Shown piece after piece: positions 23,952-34,173 of a stretch of 64,000 nucleotides of DNA (the stretch's first letter is position 1; every line of letters begins with the position of its first letter). This stretch comes from an uncultured delta proteobacterium (GTDB taxonomy: Bacteria; Myxococcota_A; Polyangia; Polyangiales; Polyangiaceae): positions 32,001-96,000 of the forward strand of contig CAWDXG010000004.1 of the NCBI GenBank assembly GCA_963806225.1, read 5' to 3'. A program made the translations under genes and the position numbers. Below the pieces are notes generated by a model. The model saw only the letters and a list, made by a program, of their open reading frames with translations. It did not search any database and had not been told where the DNA came from.

Positions 23952-24802
23952 GTGACATTGCCCGCGAAGACCCCGGCCCAGATCGCGCGCTGGCGAGAAG
24001 CGCTCGCTGGGGAAGGGAGTGTTCCGCAAGTGCAACGGCTGCGGCGCGGTGCACACGGCCGAGCACTTGTCCGACTGCTGGGAGGTGTGTCCCGGCTGTG
24101 GCTACCACCATCCGCTCAGCGCGGATGGGTGGCGCTCGCTGCTGCTCGACGACGGCAGGCTCGAACTCTGGGACGAGCACATCCAACCCACCGATCCGCT
24201 GACTTTCCACGATGGCAAGAGCTACCGCGACCGGCTGGAGCGCTCGCGGCGCATCAGCGGGCGCAGCGAGGCCATCGAGATCGGCCGGGCCCATATCGGC
24301 GGGCGGCCGGTCGCCTACGGCTGCTTCATCTTCGCGTTCATGGGCGGCAGCATGGGTTCGGTCGTGGGCGAGCGGATCACGCGCCTGTTCGAGCGGGCGA
24401 CGGCAGAGCGATCTACCGGTGGTCCTGCTCCAGGCCTCGGGCGGCGCGCGCATGCAGGAGGGCATCCTGAGCCTGATGCAGATGGCCAAGACGGTGGCGG
24501 CCCTGTCGCGGTTCCGCCACATTCACAAGCCGTTCATCAGCGTGCTCCTGCACCCGACGACCGGCGGGGTCGCCGCGAGCTCGGCGCTGCTCGGTGACGT
24601 CAACCTGGCCGAGCCCAACGCGCTCATCGGATTTGCTGGACCGCGCGTGATCGAGAGCACGCTGAGGACCACCCTTCCGGAGGGATTCCAGCGCTCGGAG
24701 TTCCTGCTCGGCCATGGCATGGTGGACTCCGTCGTGCCGCGAACCGAGATGAAGGCAACGCTCGGTTGCATCCTGGGCCATCTAGCCGGTAGAGCTTGGT
24801 GA
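23952..24802 (+). CDS. accD: acetyl-CoA carboxylase carboxyltransferase beta subunit; frameshifted
   Basis: Zn finger CNGC...[44 protein letters not shown]. Confidence 0.95.
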
Positions 24803-26033
24803 GCGACCTGGCAGTGACACTCCAGCGGCTGTACGCGCTGATCCCGAAGGGCCGGAAGCTCGGGCTCGAGCGCATGCAGGCTGCGTGTGACCGGATGGGC
24901 AATCCGGAGCGTGCGTTCGAGGCCGTCCACGTAGCGGGGACCAACGGCAAGGGCACGGTTTCCGCCTTCACCGCGGCGATCGGTCAGGCCGCAGGGCGCA
25001 AGGTCGGGCTGTACACTTCGCCTCACCTGGTCCGCTTCGCCGAGCGCATCCAGGTCGGCGGCGCAGCCGATCGACGACGACACGGTGGTCCGCCTGCTGA
25101 ACAAGGTGATGGACGAGGCGCCCGACCTGACGTTCTTCGAAGTCGCGACGCTGGCGGCGTTCCTGGCGTTCCGCGACGCTGGCGTGGACCTGGCGGTGCT
25201 CGAGGTGGGGCTGGGCGGCCGCCTCGACGCGACCAACGTCATCCCGCCGCCGCGTGTCGCCGTCATCACGCGCATCGCCTTCGACCACATGGTGGAGCTC
25301 GGCGACTCGCTGGCCTCCATCGCGATCGAGAAGGCGGGCATCATCAAGTCGGGCTCTACGGTCGTGGTGGGCAAGCTGCACCCGGACGCGCATGGAGGCG
25401 GTCGAGGATCGCGTAGCGAGGTCGGCGCGCGCCTGGTCGAGCTGGGCAGCCCGGAGCCGATTCCGGGCGCTCCCCTGGCCTACCCGCGCGTCGCGATGAT
25501 CGGCTCGAACCTGGCGGTGGCGGTGACCGTCGGCCGCGAGCTCGGATTCGACCCGGCAGATGATCGCGCAGGGCATCGAAGCGACGAGCTGGCCGGGTCG
25601 CAACGAGCTCTTGCACCGCAACGGCCAGGAGCTGACGCTGCTCGACTGCGCCCACAACCCCGACGGCGCCGTCGCTCTGTCGCACGTGCTCGACCCCAGC
25701 GTGCTCGGCGAGATCGAGTCGCGACGCGATGTGGCGCTGGTCTTCGGCGCGATCCAGGGCAAGAACTGGAAAGCCATGCTCAGCCGGCTCGAGCAGGTCG
25801 CGGGACATCGCGTGTTCGTCGCCCCACCCGTCACGAAGGCCGTGGATCCGCAGCTGTATGGCGGAACGCGGTCGGCGGCGAGGTCGCCGAGGATATCGGC
25901 TCGGCACTTGACTCGCGCGCGCGAGCTCGTCGGCGAGCGCGGCGTGGTGGTGGTCACGGGCTCGACGTTCCTGGTCGGTGCGGCGCGCGCCCTCCTGCTC
26001 GGGCTGCCGCGCGATCCCGCCGTGGACATGTGA
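24799..26033 (+). CDS. folC: folylpolyglutamate synthase/dihydrofolate synthase; frameshifted
   Basis: [52 protein letters not shown]. Canonical accD-folC order. Confidence 0.93.
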
Positions 26034-26050
26034 AGCGAGGCGGAACCGAA

Positions 26051-26539
26051 GTGCCGTCGTTCGACGTCGTATCCAAAGTGGACTGGTCCGAGGTCAAGAA
26101 CGCGCTCGACCAGGCCGAGCGCGAGATCGCCCAGCGCTTCGACTTCAAGGGCACCGATGCGGCATATCGAGCGCACCGAGGACGGCGTGGTCGTACGGCC
26201 AACGCCGAAGACCGCGTGCGGGCGGCGCTCGACGTGTTCGAGCAGAAGCTGGTGCGACGCAAGGTCAGCCTCAAGCACCTGGAGAAGAAGGACCCCGAGC
26301 CCGGCCCCAAGGGGTCGAGCCGGCAGCGCGTCCTGATCAAGGAAGGCATCGAGACCGAAAAGGCCAAGGAGATCGTCAAGCTCGTGAAGGGCTCGAAGCT
26401 CAAGGTCCAGGCCTCCATCCAGGACGAGAGCGTGCGGGTGACCGGCAAGAAGCGGGACGACCTGCAGAGCGCCATCCAGCTGCTCAAGGGCGCCGACGAC
26501 CTCGGTCTCGACCTCCAGTTCCAGAACTTCAGGGATTGA
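26051..26539 (+). CDS. yajQ: YajQ family nucleotide (c-di-GMP)-binding protein
   Basis: [10 protein letters not shown]...RFDFKG...[24 protein letters not shown]...LQFQNFRD. Confidence 0.95.
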   Translation: MPSFDVVSKVDWSEVKNALDQAEREIAQRFDFKGTDAAYRAHRGRRGRTANAEDRVRAALDVFEQKLVRRKVSLKHLEKKDPEPGPKGSSRQRVLIKEGIETEKAKEIVKLVKGSKLKVQASIQDESVRVTGKKRDDLQSAIQLLKGADDLGLDLQFQNFRD

Positions 26540-26547
26540 ACCGGCGA

Positions 26548-27939
26548 GTGACCGCGAAGCAGAAGCGAGAGCTGTTCGGCACGGACGGCATCCGAGGTCG
26601 GGCCAACGTCCCTCCCATGACGCCGGAGCTCGCGCTGGCGCTCGGACGCGCCATCACGCTGGTGGCGCGCCGCGATCCGCGGCCGGCCGCCCCGCATCGT
26701 CATCGGCAAGGACACGCGCCTGAGCGGCTACATGCTGGAGACGGCGCTCGCCGCCGGCATCTGCGCCATGGGCGGCCGGGTGATGCTCTGCGGCCCGATC
26801 CCGACGCCCGGCGGTCGCCAACCTGACGCAGAGCATGCGCGCCGACGCCGGCGTCGTCATCAGCGCCAGCCACAACCCCTTCGGCGACAACGGCATCAAG
26901 CTGTTCGGCCCCGACGGCTTCAAGCTGCCCGACAGCGAAGAGTCGGACATCGAGGGGCTGCTGGAGGATCCCCGGCTCGATCTCGCGCAGTTGCACCGGC
27001 GCGCGCGTCGGGCGCGCCGAGCGCATCGACGACGCGGCCGGGCGCTACGTCGTGTACGCGAAGAGCACCTTCCCCAAGGAGCTGACGCTCGACGGGCTGT
27101 GCGCGTGGTGGTGGATGCCGCCCACGGCGCCGCGTACAAGGTCGCGCCCGACGGTGTTCGCCGAGCTCGGCGCGACGGTCATTCCGCGTTCGGCGTGCGA
27201 CCCAACGGCCGCAACATCAACCGCGATTGCGGCGCGCTGCATCCCGAGCACGTCGTCAAGGAAGTCAAGAAGCGCCACGCCCACATCGGCGTATGCGCTC
27301 GACGGCGATGCGGATCGCGTCGATCGTCGTCGACGAGAAGGGGCAGATCGTCGACGGCGACGCGCTGATGGCGCTGTGTGCGACGCGCATGATCCAGGAG
27401 AAGCGCCTGGCCAAGCGCACGCTGGTCACCACGGTGATGAGCAACATGGGCCTGGAGCGCGCGCTGGCGGCCGCGGGCGGCCAGCTGAAGCGCACGCAGG
27501 TCGGCGACCGCTACGTGGTCGAGGAGATGCGACGCGCCGGCTACAACTTCGGCGGCGAGCAGTCCGGCCACCTCATCTTCCTCGATCACGCCACGACCGG
27601 TGACGGCGTGGTGGCGGCGCTGCAGGTGCTGGCGATCATGGTGGCCGAAGGGCGGCCGCTGAGCGAGCTCGCCGCGGTCATGCAGCGCGTTCCGCAGGTG
27701 CTCGCAGAGCGTGAAGCTCGCCGGACCGCAAGCCGCTCGAGCAGATGCCGCAGCTCACCCGGCTGATCGGCCGCGTGGAGCAGAAGCTCGGCAAGAACGG
27801 GCGCGTGCTGGTGCGCTGGAGCGGCACCGAGCCCAAGCTCCGGTTGATGGTCGAAGGCCCCGACCCGGATCGAGCTCGCCGGCATGGTGCATGACATGGC
27901 GGACGCGGCACAGCAGGGACCTGGGCGTCGGCGGCGTGA
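26548..27939 (+). CDS. glmM: phosphoglucosamine mutase; many frameshifts
   Basis: [63 protein letters not shown]. Confidence 0.95.
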
Positions 27940-28723
27940 CGCGGGACCGACGACGGCCCGATCATCGAGGCCGAGCAGCCTGACGCGCGTCTACGGCAGG
28001 GGGCAGCGCGAGCCGAAGGCCGTCGATGCGGTCAGCCTCGAAGTGCACCGGCGCGAGATCGTGCTGTCTTCGGTCCCAGCGGATGCGGCAAGAGCACGCT
28101 GCTCGGGATGCTCGGCGGGCTGGACCGTGCCTACACGGGCGCGCTGAAGCTGTTCGGGCAGCGACGTGGCGACACTCCGCGACCGGGAGCTGTCGCGGCT
28201 GCGCGGACGCCACATCGGTTTCGTGTTCCAGTCGTTCCACCTGCTCGACCACCTCACGGTGCTCGGGCAACGTGACGGCGCCAAGCCTGTTCTCGGGCGA
28301 GCCGCTCGACGACGACCGCGTCGAGCAAGCGCGGCCTGGAGGTACTCCGACGCGTCGGCCTCGCAGACAGCGCGCGCGTCTCCCCTGCGGAACTGTCCGG
28401 CGGCCAGCGCCAGCGGGTCGCGCTCGCTCGCGCATTGCTCCGGGAGCCGGAGCTACTGCTCTGCGACGAGCCGACCGGCAATCTCGACCGCGGCACCGGC
28501 GAGCAGATCATCGATCTGTTCGCCGACCTCCATGCGGAGCTCGGAACGACCTTCGTCATCGTCACCCACGAGGACCGGCTGGCGCGGATCGCGCACCGGC
28601 AGCTCGACATGCTGGACGGACGGCTCGCAGACGGCCATGGTCCGGATGATGGTTGACGAGCCGCATGCCGCCGCCCCGGAGCCGCCGGGCGCGGGGCATC
28701 GAACGGCGCGGAGGCGCCGGTGA
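27936..28723 (+). CDS. ABC transporter ATP-binding protein, LolD/MacB-type; frameshifted
   Basis: GPSGCGKSTLL, IGFVFQSFHLL, LSGGQRQRVALARAL, LLCDEPTGNLD, VIVTHE. Confidence 0.9.
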
Positions 28724-30094
28724 GAGCGAGCGCGCTCGCCCGCATGGTGCGCGCGGACCTGGGGCGCACGCGCGGCCCGCTGATGACCGCCGGCTTCGGG
28801 ATCCTGGTCGGCACAGCGGCTCTGGTCTTCTTCCTCGCGCTGGGGCTCGGTGCCCGCCGGGTGCTCCTCGGCGATGTGTTCCCGATCGATCAGGTCGAGC
28901 TCGAGCCGACACAGAGCTCGGCAGGCCTGTTGTCGCTTCTGGGCGGGCCCCGCCCACCATCGGGCATCGAGTCCTCGAAGGTTGCCAAGCTCCGGAAGCT
29001 CCCCGGCGTGGCCGAGGTGTACCCGAAGCTGCGCTTCCGCTTTCCGTCCATGGCCTACGGGGGCAAGGAGCTTTTCGGGTCAGGAAATCGGCACGCACGA
29101 GATGATCGGCGACGGCATCGAACCGGCTCTTTTGAAGCCGAAGCTCGCTCGGCGCTTCCAGGATCCGATGCAGCACCCCGGACCGGAGTGCCACGCCGAC
29201 AGCGATTGCACCTCGCCGCAGTACTGCGAGCTGCCGAGCAGCGCCCGCGTGGGCCATTGCTCCGATCCCGTGCCGGCGATCGTCAGCCGCTATCTGGTGG
29301 AGCTTTTCGACCACGCCATCGCGCCCTCGCACGGGCTGCCGCCGGTTGCAGGCGCCCTGCTCCAGCGGGCCCAGGGCGTGGTCTTCACCATGACGCTCGG
29401 AAAGTCGTTGCTGGGCGTCGCCAAGCAGGGTCACGAACGCAGCGTGAAGGTGCGGGTGGTCGGGGTCTCGCCCAAGGCGATCGATCTCGGCGTCACCCTG
29501 CCCGTCCCGGTCGTGCGGCGCTGGAACCGCGAATACGCGGGGGACGCCGCCGGCTCCCTCTATTCAAGCGTGGTGGTCCACGTGAAGAGCGCCAATGATG
29601 CCAGCCGCGTGATCCAGGCGGCGTCGGGGTGGGGGCTCGTTCCCCACGACACGCGGGCGCGCGACGTGAGCGTGCTGATCACCAGCGTGCTGGCCCTGCT
29701 GGTCCTGGTCGCTTCCGTCATCCTGCTCGTGGCGGCGCTGAATATCGCGCACACCTTCCGCGTGCTGGTGGCGGAGCGGCAGCGCGAGATCGGCCTGTAC
29801 CGGGCACTCGGTGCAAGCGCGGCCGACATGCGGGCGTGGATGCTGTCCCTGGCGCTCGTGGTGGGCGCGGCCGGGGGCGCCGCCGGCGCGATCGTGGCCC
29901 GACTGGCTGCTCTGGTGGCGGACTGGCGCGCAGCGGTAGACCTGCCCGACTTCCCCTTCAAACCACGCAGCTTCTTCATATTTCCCTGGTGGTTGTGGCT
30001 GGCTGCGGTGGGCTTTGCGGCGCTGTTCGCGCTACTGGGCGCCCTGGGGCCCGCGCGGCGTGCCGCCCGGACCGATCCAGCACATTCGCTGTGA
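28720..30094 (+). CDS. ABC transporter permease, MacB/FtsX family; one frameshift
   Basis: N-terminal TM, periplasmic domain and FtsX-type C-terminus (ERQREIGLYRALGAS...PARRAARTDP). Confidence 0.85.
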
Positions 30095-30158
30095 AGGGCT
30101 GGCCCCGACCGCGAGGAGTTCCTAGGATGGGGACCCTGCCCGGAAAAGGAGATCACCC

Positions 30159-31244
30159 GTGGACCTGTCGCTTCCCCAGCTGTGCGGCCAGCTGATCGTC
30201 GGCGGTTTCTCCGGAACCGAGCTGCCCGCGGAGCTCTCCAGCGAGCTTGTGGCCGGCCGCCGCGCGGGTGTCATCCTGTTCAAGCGCAATCTGCCGGACG
30301 TGGAGACGGCCCATGAGCTCTCGAGCGTGGTGGTCGACGCCTGCCCGGACGAGCTTCCGCCCTTCATCGGCGTCGATCAGGAAGGCGGGCGGGTCGCGCG
30401 CTTCGGTGAGCCGGTGCTCCAGCTCCCGCCCATGCGCGTGCTGGGCGGCATCGGTGACCGCGACCTGGTGCAGCGCGCCGCCGCCGCGCTCGCCGTGGAG
30501 CTGTCCGCCATGGGGTTCAACCTCGACTTTGCACCCGTGTTGGACGTGGATAGCAACCCGAAGAACCCGATCATCGGCGACCGTTCCTTCGGCAACGACC
30601 CGGATACGGTGGCGCGCCTCGGGCGCGCCTTCATCCGCGGCCTGCAGGAAGGCGGCGTGCTGGCCTGCGGCAAGCACTTCCCCGGCCACGGCGACACGAA
30701 GAAGGACAGCCACGTGGATCTGCCGGTGGTGGGCCGCAGCAAGGAGCAGCTCGACACCGTGGAGCTTCCGCCATTCCGCGCAGCAAGCCACGGCGGAGTA
30801 GCCGCGATGATGACCGCGCACGTCGTCTACGAGGAGCTTGATCCCGGCGTGCCCGCGACCCTGAGCCGGCCCATCTGCACGGGCCTCCTGCGCACGGAGC
30901 TAGGTTTCGGCGGCGTGCTGTTCTCCGACGATCTCGAGATGCGGGCGCTCAGCGACCGCTACAGCATCGAGCAGAGCGCCGTCGCGGCAGTGCGCGCCGG
31001 CTGCGATGCGCTGCTCATCTGCAGCGATCTCGCGCTGCAGCAGCGCGCGCACGCCGCCCTGGTCGAAAAGGCCGACTCGGACGACAGCTTTCGCAGCCGC
31101 TGCAGCGAAGCCGTGGCCCGCAGCCTCTCCGCCCGCCGGCAGACGCCTGCCCGCCCCGTGCCCAGCGTCGAGCAGCTGCGCGCCGCACTCGAGAGCGACG
31201 AAGCCCGCGCCGTGCTCGAGGAAATCGCCGCGCGAACCGCCTAG
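30159..31244 (+). CDS. nagZ: beta-N-acetylhexosaminidase (GH3)
   Basis: GVILFKRN, VDQEGGRVAR, IIGDRSFG, KHFPGHGDTKKDSH (NagZ signature), FSDDLEM. Confidence 0.93.
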   Translation: MDLSLPQLCGQLIVGGFSGTELPAELSSELVAGRRAGVILFKRNLPDVETAHELSSVVVDACPDELPPFIGVDQEGGRVARFGEPVLQLPPMRVLGGIGDRDLVQRAAAALAVELSAMGFNLDFAPVLDVDSNPKNPIIGDRSFGNDPDTVARLGRAFIRGLQEGGVLACGKHFPGHGDTKKDSHVDLPVVGRSKEQLDTVELPPFRAASHGGVAAMMTAHVVYEELDPGVPATLSRPICTGLLRTELGFGGVLFSDDLEMRALSDRYSIEQSAVAAVRAGCDALLICSDLALQQRAHAALVEKADSDDSFRSRCSEAVARSLSARRQTPARPVPSVEQLRAALESDEARAVLEEIAARTA

Positions 31245-31893
31245 CTGGTCGCACCGCGACCTGTCTGATGCTCCGTCCCCGCGTCCGCTTCGTGATGAGA
31301 CGGACGCGATCCTTCATCGTAGACAGGGCCTTGCCCGCCACCCGGCGCTTCACCACCCGACCCGGGGCTATCCAGAAGGAGTAGCCCAGAATCTTGCGCT
31401 TCCATGCAAGGTCGATCGCGCTCTTCGACTCGTTGACGCGCAGCCGGAGTCGCCCGTACAGCCGCCGTAGCAGCCTCATCACGCGCTCGCCTGCTCGCCG
31501 GGACCGCACGTAGACGTTGCAGTCGTCGGCGTAGCGCACGAAGGCGTGACCGCGCTTCTCCAGCTCCTTGTCGACCTCGTCGAGGAGCACGTTCGCGAGC
31601 AGCGGCGACAAGGGCCCGCCTTGCGGCGTCCCCTCGTGCCGTTCCACCACCACCCCGTTCGCCAGCACGCCGGCTTCGAGATAGCGGCGGATGAGCCCCA
31701 GCACGCGGCGGTCGCCGACGCGCTTCGCCATCCTTCCCATCAGCACGTCGTGGTGTACGCGGTCGAAGAATTGCTCCAGGTCCACGTCCACCACCCACTT
31801 GCGACCGGCCTGGACGTGCCGCTGCGCTTCGACGACAGCGTCGTGCGCACGGTGACCGGGCCGGAAGCCGTGGCTGTGCTTCGAGAAGTCCGT
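31245..31893 (-). pseudogene. ltrA: group II intron reverse transcriptase/maturase fragment (end of RT2 to start of X domain)
   Basis: FSKHSHGFRPG, WVVDVDLEQFFDRV, GTPQGGPLSPLLAN, FVRYADD, LRVNESKS, LGYSF. Lacks RT0/RT1, most of the thumb domain, a native start and a native stop. Confidence 0.92.
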
Positions 31894-32060
31894 GCCCGCC
31901 GCCGCCTCGGATCCGGTCCTTGTACATCGGCCCGCGGTTTCGCTCCCCGCTTCCTTCCCACGGTCGGTCGCTCTCCCGCAGTTGCGGTTCGCTTCGATCG
32001 GGATGACCTACTCTCGCGGCCGGACTTCCACCGGCAAGACGGCGCCCATGCTGGGCGCAC
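31245..32060 (-). mobile_element. truncated group IIC intron remnant
   Basis: 5' end GTGCGCCCAGCATGGGCG lies immediately after a terminator hairpin and U-tract. About 170 nt of domain I joins directly to an RT fragment. No domain V/VI was seen. Confidence 0.9.
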
Positions 32061-32095
32061 AAAGAAACGGCCCCGCGGTTTCCCGCAGGGCCGTC
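32061..32095 (-). terminator. rho-independent terminator of the Cys-rich lipoprotein gene (also the IIC intron target)
   Basis: Minus strand GACGGCCCTGCGG-GAAA-CCGCGGGGCCGTT-TCTTT, 22 nt after the stop at 32118. Confidence 0.9.
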
Positions 32096-32117
32096 ACTGT
32101 TCAGGACCGGACTTCGA

Positions 32118-33392
32118 TCAGCCCGCGCCAGCCGAGCCGCTCGCCGAAGCGCTCGCCTTGACCGACACGTTGATCGACATCGAGGCCTGCGCCGCGCCGG
32201 AGACCGCACCGGAGATGCAGCCCGCGACCTTGAGCGCGCCGGCACCGGCGCCCTGGACGACCGCGCCGATCCCCTTGACCGAGGTCTCCACGCTGGCCAT
32301 CGCGTCCTTCAGGCGACCCTTCATGCCGAGGGTGACCTTGAGAATCGCCGGCAGGTTCTTCTCGAGGGCAGCCTTCAGCTTGGTCGCTGCCTCGGCGTCC
32401 GCAGCGCCGGCGATGCTGACAGTCACGCGGGCTGGTGTGCACTCCACCTTGCCGCTGACCTTGGCGTTGCAGTTGGCCTTGCAGTCCGCACTCATCTTGG
32501 GCGGAACCACCTTGCCGCTGCACTTCGGGGCCTTCATCTTGACCGAGCAACCGCCCGAGCAGGTGCCCTTGCAGTCGGCCTTGCCCTGCATCTCGCAGCT
32601 GGCGTCGCACTTGCCCTGGCAGGTGCCCTTGCAGCTACCGCTGGCATTGCCTTCGCAGGTGCCGTCGCAGGTGCCTGCGCACTTGCCCTTGCTGTCCTTG
32701 CCGTCGCACTTGCCCTTGCACTTGCCGTCGCACTTGCCGCTGAAGTTGCCCTGGCACTTGCCGGAGCAGCCGCCGCCGCAGGTGCCGGAGCACTGGGCGC
32801 CGGCTTCCACCGTGCAGGTGCCCTGGCACTTGCCGGAGCACTCACCGCTGATCTCGCCGCCCTCGCACTTCACCTCGGCGGAGCCGGGCTTGATGCTGGC
32901 GTCGCAGCTAGCAGCGCAGTCGGCCATGGCGCTCATCGAGGCCGAGCACTTCGGCGGAACCACGTCCACCTTGAGCGTGCCGGAGGCCTTGGCCTTGACC
33001 TGGTTGAGCATCTTGACGGCCGCATTGCACGCCGCCTCGGCCTTCTTGCCGGGGCCATCTTCCTTGGGCTTCAGATCGGCGTCGGTCGCGCCGAGATCCT
33101 TCGCGAGGTTGCCGCACGCCGTGGTGACGTCGCCCTCGACCTGGCCAGCGAGTTGCTGAAGGTTCGCGCTGGCTGCCAGAGCTGCCTTGAGCTTGCCCTC
33201 GACCTCGCCGCCGAGCCCGAAGTTCGCCGACATGATCGCCGAAGGATCGGTGATGTCAGCCGGGCACTTGCCGGGCATACCAGGAACACCCGGCACCTTG
33301 GGCATCCCGCCGCAATCCACGAGCATCGGGACCGCCGCTAGGGTCAGTGCGCCGAGTACCGGACCAATTCTACGCCAACGCTTGTCGACCAT
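32118..33392 (-). CDS. Cys-rich GxCxGxC-repeat lipoprotein of unknown function
   Basis: Intact 424-aa ORF with signal peptide and LVDC. Central CSGKCQGTC/CDGKCKGKCDG repeats. Strong GAGGAGG RBS and its own terminator. Confidence 0.9.
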   Translation of the reverse strand: MVDKRWRRIGPVLGALTLAAVPMLVDCGGMPKVPGVPGMPGKCPADITDPSAIMSANFGLGGEVEGKLKAALAASANLQQLAGQVEGDVTTACGNLAKDLGATDADLKPKEDGPGKKAEAACNAAVKMLNQVKAKASGTLKVDVVPPKCSASMSAMADCAASCDASIKPGSAEVKCEGGEISGECSGKCQGTCTVEAGAQCSGTCGGGCSGKCQGNFSGKCDGKCKGKCDGKDSKGKCAGTCDGTCEGNASGSCKGTCQGKCDASCEMQGKADCKGTCSGGCSVKMKAPKCSGKVVPPKMSADCKANCNAKVSGKVECTPARVTVSIAGAADAEAATKLKAALEKNLPAILKVTLGMKGRLKDAMASVETSVKGIGAVVQGAGAGALKVAGCISGAVSGAAQASMSINVSVKASASASGSAGAG

Positions 33393-33746
33393 CTAATCAT
33401 CCTCCTCAAGCCCAGTGTGTCGGGCATCTCAGCTCAACCGCGGTGCACGCTACACCGGGCATGTCGGCTTGAAAACCCCGGATATCGGGCAGCCGACCCT
33501 CGCAATCTACGCTTGCTACGTGTTCGATCTTTCCAGGTTCGCCATGCCAGAGGCCCGGCGATTCAGTGCCGGGATCCGGGCCTGTTGCGCCGCTCCGGCA
33601 TGCGGGGCGCTTCTCGCTCTGATTCCGCCCGTTGTAAAGGTTTTTCGTCGGAAGGAGCACCCGACCGCCCAGCCCCGTCCGCACAATGTCCTGATTTCCT
33701 GCGGTTTTCGAGGTACGGCCGGGTTCGGCGCGAAGCGGGCTCCGGG

Positions 33747-34121
33747 CTAGCTGCGTCCCCGGCTCCCGCGGCCGGTTCGCCTCGCTATTGGGCTCTGGGT
33801 GAACGGCAGCTCGATCTGCTCGGGTCCGCGCGGTCGTGCGGGCATGCGTTGTCCCACGCGCTTCAGTATCTCCTGTTCGCGCGCAAGGTCGGCTTCGATC
33901 ACCTCTGCGTTGTCCAGCGCGAAGGCCAGCGCGTCGAACACCGATGCAGGACTTAGCTGGGGGAACCGCTTGAGCAGTTTCTCGACGCTGGTTCCGCTCC
34001 GGTAGAAGCCCCACAACCGCCGCACGGGGACACGCGAACCCGCAACATGCGGGCTGCCCCCCAGCACGCTTTGATCGACGCGCACGTGCGGATGCGGCAC
34101 GAGGACAATCGGCAGGCTCAT
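33747..34121 (-). CDS. DUF433 family HTH protein
   Basis: VRVDQSVLGGSPHVAGSRVPVRRL...SVEKLLKRFPQLSPASVFDALAF matches the DUF433 pattern. Confidence 0.85.
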   Translation of the reverse strand: MSLPIVLVPHPHVRVDQSVLGGSPHVAGSRVPVRRLWGFYRSGTSVEKLLKRFPQLSPASVFDALAFALDNAEVIEADLAREQEILKRVGQRMPARPRGPEQIELPFTQSPIARRTGRGSRGRS

Positions 34122-34173
34122 TTCCCGATCGACATTGTGGACCGGTTCCGCGTGCAGGGAAAGTCCGTGCCGA

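Noticed and set aside
31245..32060. Retron or defence-associated RT with upstream ncRNA
   Set aside because: The upstream RNA starts with the group II GUGCG boundary after a terminator, and the RT lacks its N-terminus and native start. A decayed IIC intron explains it.
33393..33746. Riboswitch or sigma54 promoter upstream of the Cys-rich lipoprotein
   Set aside because: A TGGCATG on the minus strand lacks a correctly spaced TTGC, and no riboswitch consensus was recognisable by eye. An Rfam scan would be needed.
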